Notes under the pieces: model-generated | What the model was told of the DNA's origin: nothing | What the model saw: only the letters and a program-made list of their open reading frames with translations | The model's database searches: none | Part shown: positions 39,727 to 51,698 of the stretch, piece after piece | How positions within the stretch are numbered: position 1 is the stretch's first letter | How the letters are laid out: each line of letters opens with the position of its first letter | Program-made: the position numbers and the translations under genes | Source of the DNA: Syntrophorhabdaceae bacterium | GTDB taxonomy: Bacteria; Desulfobacterota; Syntrophorhabdia; Syntrophorhabdales; Syntrophorhabdaceae | Direction: 5' to 3' | DNA length: 64,000 bases | Assembly: GCA_963665295.1 (NCBI GenBank) | Contig: OY762209.1 | Location: forward strand, 2,944,001 to 3,008,000

Positions 39727-41426
39727 TATTTCCTCTCCATGGGAGCATAGTTCGTTATCACTACGTCCTTAAAGGAGATGGACGGCGTTCCGTCATCACC
39801 TATTTTCGCAATGGTGTGCTTGAGCCAATTCGCATCGTCCCGTTGAGGGAAATCTCTGCGGAAATGGGCGCCCCTGCTTTCTTCCCGCAGGAGGGCCCCG
39901 AGGGCTATGGTGTGGGCGACCTCCAGCATGTATTCGAGTTCCAGCGCGTTCATAAGCTCGTAATTCATGTGCAGGGAGGGGGACGAAACATGGACGAGCT
40001 TATATCTCTCCTTGATCCCGGAGATATCTGCAAGGGCCTTTTCGATCTCCTCTTTCTTTCTGAAGATCCCTACGCAGGCGCTCATGGTTCTGCTGAGGTC
40101 AAGCTGTATCTTGAAGGGCCGCTCATTACCTTCGGTGAAAAGCCGCCGGACCTTCTCTTCTATGTCCGCCTTTCGCCGCATGAGAAGGCCTTCGTCGGGT
40201 CGAGGGGGGTCTTCCTGGAGGTACCGCGCTATGGAGAAGGATGCCAGCTTGCCGAAGACAATGGTATCGAGCAACGAATTGCCGCCGAGCCTGTTCGCGC
40301 CGTGAACGCTCACGCACGCGCACTCTCCTGCCGCGTAAAACCCCCTGATTCCGGTCTCGCACCTCTCGTTGGTATCGATGCCTCCCATGGAGTAATGCTG
40401 GCACGGCATTATGGGGATCGGCTCGCGCACGGGGTCGATGCCGATGAAATCGATGCATATCTTTCTGATGCCGGGGAGTTTCTCCTGGATCTTCTTCTCT
40501 CCCAGATGCCTGAGGTCGAGTTTTATGTACTTGCCTAAAGGATGCTCGAATCCCCTTCCTTCGTCGATCTCCGTCTGTATGCACCTCGACACGATATCCC
40601 TGGGTGCGAGTTCCATAGCGGCGGGGACATATCTCTGCATGAACCTTTCATCGAGGTTGTTTACGAGGTAGCCGCCTTCACCCCTGCACGCCTCTGTCAT
40701 AAGGATATTTGTGCCTATGAGGGCGGTGGGGTGAAACTGGACGAATTCCATATCCTTTATGGGTGCGCCCGCCTTGTAGGCGGCGCCTATGCCGCTTCCC
40801 GTATTGATAAGGGCGTTCGTGGAATAGTAATATACCCTCCCGTATCCGCCCGTGGCGAAGAGGGTTGTCTTCGCCAGGATGGGCACGATCTCGCCCTTGA
40901 GAAGATCGAAGGCTATGACCCCGTGGCATTGCCCGTCCCGGGCGACGAGGTCCACGACGAACCATTCGGGATAGACCCTGACGCCCTTTGACACCGCCCT
41001 CTCGTAGAGGGTGTTGAGGAGCACATGTCCCGTGATGTCGGCGGAATAACAGGTCCTCGGATATCCTGCCCCTCCGAAGGGCCTCTGGGCGATGGACCTG
41101 TCGGGAAACCGGCTGAAAGGACAGCCCCAGTGCTCCATTTCATAGACGATCTTCGGCGCTTCCCTGCACATCAGTTCCACGGCGTCCTGGTCGGAGAGGT
41201 AGTCGCTCCCCTTCACCGTATCGAAAGCGTGCTTCTCCCATGTGTCGTCCTTCCCGTCCGGGTTGTTTGCGAGGGCCGCATTGATACCACCCTGGGCCGC
41301 GATCGAATGGGACCTGATGGGATGGACCTTGGACAGGATTGCAACATCGTAGGTTTCGCACAAGCCCACTGCTGCCCGGAGCCCTGCGAGGCCTCCGCCG
41401 ACGATGAGAATGTCATGACGAAGCAT
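39723..41426 (-). CDS. sdhA: succinate dehydrogenase/fumarate reductase flavoprotein
   Basis: GGGLAG, RSHSIAAQGG (covalent FAD His), QFHPT, HYSMGG, HGANRLGGNSL and ESRGAH motifs. Confidence 0.96.
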   Translation of the reverse strand: MLRHDILIVGGGLAGLRAAVGLCETYDVAILSKVHPIRSHSIAAQGGINAALANNPDGKDDTWEKHAFDTVKGSDYLSDQDAVELMCREAPKIVYEMEHWGCPFSRFPDRSIAQRPFGGAGYPRTCYSADITGHVLLNTLYERAVSKGVRVYPEWFVVDLVARDGQCHGVIAFDLLKGEIVPILAKTTLFATGGYGRVYYYSTNALINTGSGIGAAYKAGAPIKDMEFVQFHPTALIGTNILMTEACRGEGGYLVNNLDERFMQRYVPAAMELAPRDIVSRCIQTEIDEGRGFEHPLGKYIKLDLRHLGEKKIQEKLPGIRKICIDFIGIDPVREPIPIMPCQHYSMGGIDTNERCETGIRGFYAAGECACVSVHGANRLGGNSLLDTIVFGKLASFSIARYLQEDPPRPDEGLLMRRKADIEEKVRRLFTEGNERPFKIQLDLSRTMSACVGIFRKKEEIEKALADISGIKERYKLVHVSSPSLHMNYELMNALELEYMLEVAHTIALGALLREESRGAHFRRDFPQRDDANWLKHTIAKIGDDGTPSISFKDVVITNYAPMERKY

Positions 41427-41429
41427 GGG

Positions 41430-41735
41430 TTATGTCATCTTGAAATAGATGATCAGCAAGGCCGCGGAGATGATCGATGCGGTTACCTGGGACAGCCAGA
41501 ACAACCTCTTTTCCTTTCTGTACCCAAGGTCTATGGCTATGGTTCTGAGGCCATAGATGCTGTGGAAGGTGAAGAGGACCATGAGCAGCACATCGAGGGT
41601 GGGCTGCCGGTGCAGGCTTAAGGCCCAGTCGGGTTTCGTCTCCTTCGTGAAGAGAAAGAAGCCGGAAAACACCTTTATTCCCACGAGGGCTATGAGAAAG
41701 ACCCCACTGATCCTGTGAAAAAGCCATATGAACAT
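41430..41735 (-). CDS. sdhC: succinate dehydrogenase membrane anchor (cytochrome b556-like)
   Basis: W.FHRISG and FHSIYGLR motifs; 3 TM helices; 101 aa. Confidence 0.8.
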   Translation of the reverse strand: MFIWLFHRISGVFLIALVGIKVFSGFFLFTKETKPDWALSLHRQPTLDVLLMVLFTFHSIYGLRTIAIDLGYRKEKRLFWLSQVTASIISAALLIIYFKMT

Positions 41736-42008
41736 GATAGTTGTTATCTAGCAACAATCCATTTCTTTGTCAAGGGCAATTATGGACGGAGATTTGGCTT
41801 GACAAATACGCGCGCAATGGTCTATTAGATACGTTCATGGCTCGATGTAGCTGTGCCCGCAGGCCGGATAGTGAAATCAATCCCATTTTTAGTTCCGCCG
41901 AATTACCGCGCAAGATGACGGGGACTTTAGACTACGGGAAAGACCGGGAATCGCCGGTATGCCGGTCGGGAGCTATAACCACAATAATTCCGGGAGGTGC
42001 GAGGAAGC

Positions 42009-42512
42009 ATGGCGGACTATGACGATGAAAGGCCGGATTGGCGCGAGATCGATAGAAAGAGAGATCGAAGCGGTCACGGAGGCGGGGGAGGAAAAGAAGA
42101 GAAGAAAGACCGTCCCCCGGACAGATGGGCGGCCGGGAGGAGAAAAGAGGCGTTAGACAGGCTCTTTATGGGCGAGAAAGGCACCATCGAGCACGATAAA
42201 GCCTACCGCAAACTGCACAACGCATACGGGTCCGAGAGATTTGCCGCCACCGCGAAGAAATATTTCGAGAAGTACGGCCCCCCTGATGATACGCCCACTC
42301 TCATACTCGTTCTCGATACAAAAGACGAAGATATCATACTCAAGGTCTTTGAGAAGTTTACTGCCACATATTCGCAACTTTCAACCCGCCACAAAGAGGA
42401 CATACTGAGAAAGCTGTCGATCATGGCGCTTACCGACAAGTCCAGGGAGATGCGGGCACAGGCGCAGAAATTGATGGAGGAACTGAACAACAGGGCGCAA
42501 GAGGCGGGATAA
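42009..42512 (+). CDS. hypothetical protein
   Basis: GAGG RBS; charged N-terminus (PDWREIDRKRDRS); helical C-terminus. Confidence 0.7.
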   Translation: MADYDDERPDWREIDRKRDRSGHGGGGGKEEKKDRPPDRWAAGRRKEALDRLFMGEKGTIEHDKAYRKLHNAYGSERFAATAKKYFEKYGPPDDTPTLILVLDTKDEDIILKVFEKFTATYSQLSTRHKEDILRKLSIMALTDKSREMRAQAQKLMEELNNRAQEAG

Positions 42513-42520
42513 TCCGCATA

Positions 42521-44869
42521 TCAGCCCTTTGAGTCCAGTATATCCCTTATCTTGGCCGCGAGGTCGTCAGGCATGATCGGTTTTGTGAGGAAGTGTATAT
42601 CCTCCTCGTAAATACCCCGCCTGTGGATAATATCCGCCGTGTAACCACTTATAAACAGGGCCTTTACCTCCGGTCTGATCTCTTTGATCCTTTCGTACAC
42701 GATCCGGCCGTTCTTTTTCGGCATAATCACGTCAAGAATAACGAGGCTGACGAGGTCCACCCCATTTATGAATTTCTCGATGGCATCGTCTCCGTCGATG
42801 GCTTCCACCACGGTGTATCCGAACTTTTCGAGTACTTCTCTGATGAGCGCCCGTGAATGGGCGTCGTCTTCCGCAAGGAGGAGGGTCTCCGACCCCCCCA
42901 CGATTCTTCTCGGCTTCTGGGCTGTTTCTTCCTCCTCCAGAGGCCGTATGAGAGGCAGATATATTTCGAAACCGGTACCCAGGCCCGGCTCGCTTCGGGC
43001 GTTGATATACCCGTTGTGCTGTTTGACAATGCCGTACACGATGGACAACCCGAGTCCCGTCCCCCTGCCCACCTCCTTTGTGGTAAAAAAGGGTTCAAAA
43101 ATATGTTCCATTGTCTCTTTGTCCATGCCCTTGCCCGAGTCGGACACGGTGATGCAGGCATACATTCCGGGTTTTCCGAAACCGAGGGCCTCGCACGCGA
43201 TGCTGTCCAGTGTTACCTGTTCCGTGGCGATTGAAAAGGAGCCGCCGTCGGCCATGGAATCCCGCGCATTGGTGGCGAGATTCATGAGTATCTGCTCTAT
43301 CTGGCCGGGGTCCGCAAATACGGTGACATTTCTTGTGTCATAACTCGTCTTGAGTTCAATGTCTTCGCCCATAAGCCTTACGAGAAGACGCTCCACCTTC
43401 CTTATCGCGTCGTTGAGGTCCACGGCCTTGGGCGCCATCACCTGTTTCCTGCTGAATGCGAGAAGCCCCTGGGTGAGATGGGTTGCTCTCTCCGCTGAGG
43501 CGAGGATGGGGTCGATGTATGCCTTTGTGGGATGGTCGTCGCCCATTTTCATGCGGAGCAGGCTTGCGTATCCGATAATCGCGGTGAGGATATTGTTGAA
43601 ATCATGGGCAACGCCCCCCGCGAGCTGCCCTATGGCCTCTATCTTCTGGGACTGGCGGAGTTGCGCTTCAAGGCGTTTGAGTTCGGTAAGATCGAGAAAA
43701 GAGGCGACCGTCAAGGTCGAGCCCGGCACAACGGCGGCGCTTACATAAACGTCGTGTGTCATCTTGTCCCGGTCCATGAAACGGGCCTCGTAGCCCTTAG
43801 GGGCGACATCGGGGCTGCTCTTCCTCAGTTCGCGGTAATGGGTTACCTCCTCGAGCATATCCGCGGGACAGAACTCCATCCATGTCATTATGCCCTCGAT
43901 TTCCCCCCTCTTATATCCGGAGAGATGCTCAAAAGCCGTGTTTACCATGGCTATCATGCCATTCTCGTCCAGTATCAGGTTTGCGTTGCCGGTAGTCTCG
44001 AAGATGGTGCGGTACCTGTACTCCGATTCGACAAGGGCGTTTTCCGCGCGGAGACGCTCGGCCAATTCCTTCTGAAGCTGCGTGTTTGTGGTGGTCAACT
44101 GGGCCGTCCGTTCATATACAAGTTCTTCGAGGTTCTTCCGGTACGAACGAAGCTCCGCGTCACGGGTCTCAATGTTGGTCACCATCTGGTTGAACCCCTC
44201 GGCGAGGAGGCCGATCTCATCCTTGCCATGGATTCGCGCTCTCACCGAGTAGTCCTTGTCCCTGGAAATCGTGCGCATCAGCGCCGCCAGTTCAAAGATA
44301 GGCCTCGTGACCGCCGCCTGAAGTTTCGTGAGCAGGAGATAGCTCATGAGGAGAGAAACGCCCATGACCGCGAAAAAGATCAGGGCGTACCGGGCCATTC
44401 TCGAATAGAAATGGGTCATGTCCGACCTGATGTACAGGGTCCCCACGGTTTCGCCGTCGAATTGGATCTGGCGGTAGAGATCGAGGTGTCTCATGCCGAA
44501 GTGGTACATATGGTTCCTGGGAAGGACGGCATGATGGGAAAAGGTGATACTGTTCCGCCAGTAGGTGGTGAATATGGCCCCGTTGCCGTCGTAGAGCACG
44601 GCACACTGGATTGAGGGTATGGCTTTGAGGGTGTCGAGGACTTCCCGGGCGCTCTTATTGTCCCTGAAGATAAGAGCTGATTTGACGTTTGAGCCCAAAG
44701 TCTCGGCCACTCCGGTGAGATCGTTGACCATGGACCGCCGCATGGATACGAGTTCCGTCGTGATGAATACAGCGCTCGCGAGAACAAGAGCCAGGGCGGT
44801 GGTGAAGGTGCACAGCAGCACCAGTTTATCCTTAATCGGAAGATCGTTAAAGGCCTTGAATGTTTTCAT
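42521..44869 (-). CDS. hybrid sensor histidine kinase (periplasmic CHASE8-like, HAMP, PAS, HisKA, HATPase, receiver)
   Basis: Two TMs, DEIG.LA..FN HAMP, GGVAHDFNNIL, NARD, FFTTK..G.GTGLGL and LDVIMP motifs. Confidence 0.92.
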   Translation of the reverse strand: MKTFKAFNDLPIKDKLVLLCTFTTALALVLASAVFITTELVSMRRSMVNDLTGVAETLGSNVKSALIFRDNKSAREVLDTLKAIPSIQCAVLYDGNGAIFTTYWRNSITFSHHAVLPRNHMYHFGMRHLDLYRQIQFDGETVGTLYIRSDMTHFYSRMARYALIFFAVMGVSLLMSYLLLTKLQAAVTRPIFELAALMRTISRDKDYSVRARIHGKDEIGLLAEGFNQMVTNIETRDAELRSYRKNLEELVYERTAQLTTTNTQLQKELAERLRAENALVESEYRYRTIFETTGNANLILDENGMIAMVNTAFEHLSGYKRGEIEGIMTWMEFCPADMLEEVTHYRELRKSSPDVAPKGYEARFMDRDKMTHDVYVSAAVVPGSTLTVASFLDLTELKRLEAQLRQSQKIEAIGQLAGGVAHDFNNILTAIIGYASLLRMKMGDDHPTKAYIDPILASAERATHLTQGLLAFSRKQVMAPKAVDLNDAIRKVERLLVRLMGEDIELKTSYDTRNVTVFADPGQIEQILMNLATNARDSMADGGSFSIATEQVTLDSIACEALGFGKPGMYACITVSDSGKGMDKETMEHIFEPFFTTKEVGRGTGLGLSIVYGIVKQHNGYINARSEPGLGTGFEIYLPLIRPLEEEETAQKPRRIVGGSETLLLAEDDAHSRALIREVLEKFGYTVVEAIDGDDAIEKFINGVDLVSLVILDVIMPKKNGRIVYERIKEIRPEVKALFISGYTADIIHRRGIYEEDIHFLTKPIMPDDLAAKIRDILDSKG

Positions 44870-45007
44870 AGTACCCTCACTGTTCGGCGCGCACAATTCT
44901 CGCGAGTTTCAGCAACTGGGAGCTTATGGTCAATTTCGCACGTCTCGCACTGTCCTGGTTGATCTGGAATCTGACCCTATTCCGCTCCATGTGGAAATTT
45001 ATAATTA

Positions 45008-46682
45008 GTCTCCATCCGGAAACCCCCATTTTCGAGCAAGCCCCCGGTCTATTGCCAGGGTGGGCGCTCAGCCGTCCGGTGATTCCGTCATCCCTTTTCG
45101 GATTTCACTCCATCGGGCCCGTTTTCCCCAGAGTCAGGGCGTAGCTCACCCTTGTCCCCTTGAGAAAATAGTCTTCTCTCATCATGAGGCCATCCTGATG
45201 CGGGCGATGACGAGAAGATTGTAGGAGACGATACTGGAGAGCACGTACCGGGCAAACCCTTCCCATCCTGTCCACGTCGCCCGGTCAAGGCCGAAGGACC
45301 GTTTCAATGTGGAGATGCCTGCTTCAATGCCCGCCCGGAAGTTCCTGAGCTTCTTGTAGACCCAGGTGCTCTTTGCCATGTCGAGGATGGAGAGCCCCCT
45401 CTTTCTGGCGAAGACGGCATCCTTGATATGGTTCTCCTTCGCATAGGCGAGGTTCTCTTTTGAGGCAAAGCCCCCGTCGGCCGTCACTTGGCGAGGCATC
45501 TTCCCGTACCACTCCTTATGCTGCTCAAGGAGGGATTGATACTGGTCGGTATCAGCGGGGTTGCCCGGGACGATGAGACACCCGATGATCATGGTGGAGC
45601 GTCCTCCTGTAAGGAACACCTTATGGCCGTACTCGGTATCCCTCCTCCCCTTCACGATGATGTCCGTGTGGTCCTCGAAGAAAGAGACGATCTTCTCGGA
45701 GGCGGGGACCTTCTCGTTCTTGAAGACTCTCCGGTCGGTCTGGTCGATGACCTTCCCGAGTATGCCCACGGCGCGTTCAAGTCTCCGGGCAAGCTCGCGG
45801 GCAGCGAAGGTGTCCATGAGATTATCGCCCTCGTAGGGGATGAGTTCGGTGATCGCCTCTTCGGCATATCCCTTCACGAGATTCGCATAGTGGAGGAGGT
45901 CCTTGTAGGCGCTCTTCCGTGTTCTGTCGTTCTTTGCATTGAGGATCGTCATGAGCTTCTTCTTGGCTACTCTCCTATGGTCACTGTAGGCATACCGGGG
46001 CACGGGAGCAAGCTCCTTCCCTTCGGTGAGTAACCGGGTAATGACGCGGATGCCGTCCACGATGAGCGATGAGTCGGTGGGGTGGTGGATGTTGGTCTCC
46101 ACCGTGGTGGAGTCTACTCTTACCACGCGGCCGGATTCTATCTTCTCCTTTACCGCGTAGCGGTTTACTTCCTGAATGATCGCCTCCCAGGTTTCTTCCC
46201 GTATCGCCTTTATGTTCTCCTGAAGGACCGATTTGGAGGGGTACTGTCCCATCTCCAATCTCGCGAAACTGCGGAGTGCGTCGGAGTCTTCCATGTGGAA
46301 GGCAAGCTCTTCATACGTCAGTTGGCGGTACTGCTTGAGTATGGCGATCCGGAGCACCTGTTCCGCGGTGAGCCCCTCTCTTCCCGTGTCGGTGCGACAG
46401 AAGGAGGTCATATCCCCGAAGACCAGATCCAGAAGGCGGGGATTGGCGTCTATGACCTTTGACATCTCCTGAAGCTCCTTTACGATAGAATGGCGCATCA
46501 TGGGGGAGAAGAGGCCTGTCTGGGGGTTGAATTTCTGGCGCATTCCGGAATCCTTTCTGAAGGCGTTAGGTAATGATATTGCCTTGTTACAACCATATTG
46601 TACCTCAGATGAGGGGCGAAACTCCAGGGGAATGTGGGGATTTGGGCAAATATTTCATGGGGTTAGGTTTCCGGATGGAGAC
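45008..46682. mobile_element. insertion sequence, 1675 bp (ISNCY/IS5-like DDE family)
   Basis: Perfect 17-bp TIRs GTCTCCATCCGGAAACC (45008-45024 and 46666-46682), flanked by a TAATTA duplication (45002-45007 and 46683-46688). Confidence 0.95.
45182..46543 (-). CDS. DDE transposase
   Basis: GR.GLTAEQVLR, RVDST, PTDS, ADGGF and RAGIEAGIS.LKR motifs; intact 453 aa. Confidence 0.93.
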   Translation of the reverse strand: MRQKFNPQTGLFSPMMRHSIVKELQEMSKVIDANPRLLDLVFGDMTSFCRTDTGREGLTAEQVLRIAILKQYRQLTYEELAFHMEDSDALRSFARLEMGQYPSKSVLQENIKAIREETWEAIIQEVNRYAVKEKIESGRVVRVDSTTVETNIHHPTDSSLIVDGIRVITRLLTEGKELAPVPRYAYSDHRRVAKKKLMTILNAKNDRTRKSAYKDLLHYANLVKGYAEEAITELIPYEGDNLMDTFAARELARRLERAVGILGKVIDQTDRRVFKNEKVPASEKIVSFFEDHTDIIVKGRRDTEYGHKVFLTGGRSTMIIGCLIVPGNPADTDQYQSLLEQHKEWYGKMPRQVTADGGFASKENLAYAKENHIKDAVFARKRGLSILDMAKSTWVYKKLRNFRAGIEAGISTLKRSFGLDRATWTGWEGFARYVLSSIVSYNLLVIARIRMAS

Positions 46683-47126
46683 TAATTACGCCCTGTTCCG
46701 CATATCCTCCCGTATCGCCTATGGTCAGCACCGCCGAGTCCCTCAGGGCTTCCATAATGCGGGGAAGGCGTTCCTTCTCCGACCCGCTGATAAAGAGTAT
46801 GTGACAATCTCTTGCTTCCTTCAGAGAGGAAGTGTGTCTCAATTCTATGATTCTTCCCTTCACGGTCTTGCCTTCTATCAGGTCGAGGGCCCTGCCGAAG
46901 GGGTCGGCTCCGAGGACACAGAAGGTGATGCTGTTTTTCGAGTCAGGCAGATGCCTGTCCGGCCATTCCACGAATTTGGCTATATTATAAATGAAACCGG
47001 CCTTCACTTCATACTCGGTAAAACGCGCTTCATCCGCACGGCAGGGAAAGGGGTTCGACCACATGAGGGCCAGGAGCGTGCAGAGCAGTAATCTTGTAAG
47101 GATAGATTGCGCCTTCAACGTCTCCC

Positions 47127-49191
47127 TCAAAACCTGTAGGTGAGCTTGAGCCTGAAATGCCGCCCATCCTGCAGGATCATGGACTCACGATTTTCGTTTG
47201 AAACCGGGTCCCCATATTTCTTGTCGAAAAGGTTATATACACTTGCGGAGATGTCGGCGTCCTTTATCAGTTCCTGGCTGAGAAGGGTGAGATTGGCCAC
47301 GACAAAGCCGCCCGCGGAGCCCCCCCTGGACGGTCCTCCGCCAGCTTGTGTATTGAAGCTCGAAGCCCGTGGAGAGTTTTTTCTGAATAAGGGGCGTATA
47401 GAGGTTCAGCTTCGCGAGGTGTCTGGGCGAATTCGCGAGCATACTCCCCGTTTCCATGTCGGTGCTTTGCTGGAGAGCGTAGCTTGCCTTCCCTTCCATG
47501 CCGTTCGACCATTTGGCCTCGGCGCCGAGCTCCACACCCTTGGCTTCGGTTTTTCCTGCGTTCCTGAACACGAGGAGTCCGTCGGAGGGATCGGTCTGAA
47601 GGGTTATAAGGTCGCGGATCTTGTAATAGTAACTTGATGCGCTGAATCTGTAGTTCTTTACATATTGTTCGAGGACAACCTCATAAGTAGTTATCGTTTC
47701 CGGTTTCAGGTCGGGGTTTGCCTTCTGGCTTGTCCCTCCGTCGCTGTAGTAAAGCTCATATACGTTCGGGGCCCGGAAAGCCTGGCCGTAAAGGAGTTTT
47801 ACCGTGGTCTTCTCGAAAGGATTGTAGATGAGGCCTATCCGCGGGCTTGTAGTGCTTCCGAAGGTCTTGTAGTAATCGTACCGGACGCCGGCATTGAGGA
47901 GCAGGTTGTCCGCTATGGTAAACTGATCCTGCACGTGGGCGGCCCAGATGTACGAACTCCCTGTATTGATCAGGTACTGGGCATAGGGATACTGGTCGTA
48001 GTTGCGTTGCTTCTGGAGGTAGTTGTCCTGATATTCCATGCCCGCGATCACTTTATGTCTATCGAAGAGCGTCCGGGTGAGTTGAAGGTCGGTTCCCCAC
48101 CACTTGCCTGTGGCATCGTCCTTGTTGATGGTAAGGGGTGGATAGTTGAAAAGGTAGTTTCCACTGAAGTGATAATAATCGTAGAAAACCCTTGCCTTCA
48201 CATTGGTGAGTTTCCCAATGTCCCTGTTGTATTTCAGGTCGAGATAACCCCTCACATCAGTATCCCTGGTATGGCTGTCATTGAAGACCGTTCCATAACT
48301 CCCTGTAGGGACCCCCTTCTCCCTTGATACATAAGCCCCTTCAAGGGTGAAGTCGGCAAGTTTGAAATTTCCGAAAAGACTGCCGGACTTTTCATGGTCG
48401 CAGGAGTCGGCCCTGCCGTTGTTGGTGGCGGGCGAGTTATACTCCTGGAAGTAGAGACTCTGGCCCTTACTCGTATAATTGGTGCCGGAGAGAAGCATCT
48501 CGAAGCCGTGGGCAAACTTTTTGCCGAAGGTAGCCCGTTGTTTATAAGTATCAAAGCTTGCCGCTTCTCCCGAAACCTCGAAGCCGTTATACTGTCCTGG
48601 TTTTTTTGTGTAAACGTTGATTACGCCGAAAAAGGCGTTGTTGCCGTAAAGGGAGGAGCCCGGCCCCCTTATGACCTCAACGCGGTCTATGAGATCCACA
48701 TCAAGGATGAATTCATTTCCGATTGACGCCGTGTCATAGATATTGTCATTGATGCGGTGACCGTCCACGAGGAGAAGCACCCGCGTGTTGTAGTCGCCTG
48801 GCCTGGAAAAGCCCCGGGTACCTATGTACGCGTATGCGCGGTCATAGAATGTGAAGAACCCCCGCACGCTTCGCAAGATATCGGCGAGGTTCCTGTAACC
48901 GTACCTCTTGATGTCGAGTTCACTTACAATGCTTACGGACGCGGGAGCCTCAGTCACCTTTTGCGTGAACTTGGAAGCCCCGTACACGGTGGCGACTTCA
49001 ACCTCCATAAGTTGCTCGATACTGAGGTCGGTAACGGAGGGATGACCGTTCCCTTCCGCCCCATGGGCTATACGGCCGTGTCCCGCTATTGTGCCGCACA
49101 TGAATACAAGGAGAAGGAACGAGACAAAAGGGCACCCTTTTCTTGTTATGGGGGAAGGGAAGAGTGAAGCAAGGAAGTCCTTCATATTCAT
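47127..49191 (-). pseudogene. TonB-dependent receptor with a +1 frameshift near the 3' end
   Basis: Plug motifs (APASVSIV, DRVEVIRGPGSSLYG). Removing one base from the C7 run at 47320-47326 restores ...VYNLFDKKY...GRHFRLKLTYRF-stop, with TTGA overlap to yfiR. Confidence 0.88.
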
Positions 49192-49301
49192 GCCTTAACT
49201 GTGGGATGCCGCCTGTATCTACCTAAATCGACCGTGGAGGAGAGATAGGTAAGGAACGGGCCGGAACGTCCTTACGGATGAATCGGGTGGCGTTCGGAAG
49301 G

Positions 49302-49493
49302 TCAGGAATGTTCCGCTATGAAGCGGCGAAACGACCTGTCATATGTCTTTTCCCCTTCCCTGGAAAAAAAGCACCCGGGCAGTTGATCCTTCTTCCTGTG
49401 ATAGGCTACGCACTCGCAGCACTTGGCCTTCCTGCTACAGCCTTCATACGAACAGGTGCAGAAAACCATATTCTTTTCTATTGTGCAGTCCAT
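49302..49493 (-). CDS. small Cys-rich protein (DUF6485-like)
   Basis: CTCSY..CSRK.KCCECVAYH....LPGCFF....KTYDRS pattern; GGGAG RBS. Confidence 0.75.
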   Translation of the reverse strand: MDCTIEKNMVFCTCSYEGCSRKAKCCECVAYHRKKDQLPGCFFSREGEKTYDRSFRRFIAEHS

Positions 49494-49576
49494 TGGCAGT
49501 ATTCTTCTCCCGGATCGATGCCCCCGCTCCTATGGGCGAGGGCATCGATCCTTCCTTAAGGCAGTGCCCCTTTTTG

Positions 49577-51043
<1,467 letters not shown>

Positions 51044-51045
51044 CT

Positions 51046-51660
51046 ATGAAGAGGGTATGTCTGATCGTTTTGTTCGCTCTCTGGAGCGTTGTGTTTGCGG
51101 CCCAGGGCTTTAGCCAGGAGACCGGGAAGGCTGGGGCCGGACCCGCCAAGGAGGACCCGGCGAAGGTCCGGAAGGCCGCAAAAGTGAAGGCGAGAGGCGG
51201 TTCGAGCTTTATAGGGGTAGTGGTCGGCGTGGACGAGACAACGAAGACTATCTCGTTGAAGGGGAGAGGAAGGATTATCACCTTCGATGCGTCGAGCCCC
51301 ACGTTCAGGGGGTTCAGAGGGCTTGAAGATGTGAGGGTCGGGAGTTACGCAGCGGTTTCCTATACCAAGGTCGGCACGAGGATTTCGAAGGCCACCAAAG
51401 GGGAGGCGGTCATGGGGCCGGAGAGGACCGACGAACGGCCCACGGCTGCAAGGAAGGAATCCAAAAAAAGGATAGCGAGGGTTCAGGAGAAAGGGATCGG
51501 TTTTTCCGACGTGGATGAAAACAAGGATGGGAAGATTACGCCCGTAGAGTTGAGCGTGGTGGTGTCGGACCTTACCATGGAACGGTTCAAAGAGTATGAC
51601 AAGAACGGGGACGGATGCCTCAGCCAATCCGAATACGGACTTGTAAAGGCAAGCAGATAG
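51046..51660 (+). CDS. exported EF-hand protein
   Basis: Signal peptide; DENKDGKITPVE and DKNGDGCLSQSE loops. Confidence 0.8.
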   Translation: MKRVCLIVLFALWSVVFAAQGFSQETGKAGAGPAKEDPAKVRKAAKVKARGGSSFIGVVVGVDETTKTISLKGRGRIITFDASSPTFRGFRGLEDVRVGSYAAVSYTKVGTRISKATKGEAVMGPERTDERPTAARKESKKRIARVQEKGIGFSDVDENKDGKITPVELSVVVSDLTMERFKEYDKNGDGCLSQSEYGLVKASR

Positions 51661-51698
51661 CGTTTAGAACGGCACGGCCTCCTCTTTTCCGTGGATGG

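Larger units (their letters stand above)
44877..47130 (-). pseudogene. YfiR/DUF4154-family periplasmic protein interrupted by an IS
   Basis: 5' part 47130-46683 (EYEVKAGFIYNIAKFVEWP...EQGV); 3' part 45007-44877 continues in frame (IINFHMERNRVRFQIN...SSQLLKLAR) once the IS and one TAATTA copy are removed. Confidence 0.9.

Noticed and set aside
45008..46682. The IS as the transposase partner of the Cas3-less Cascade (CAST-like)
   Set aside because: It is 28 kb away, is a self-contained IS with its own TIRs, and no tnsB, tnsC or tniQ genes are in the window.
46663..47130. 155-aa ORF as a complete protein
   Set aside because: Its last residues (SLHPET) come from the IS terminal repeat; the true C-terminus lies beyond the IS.
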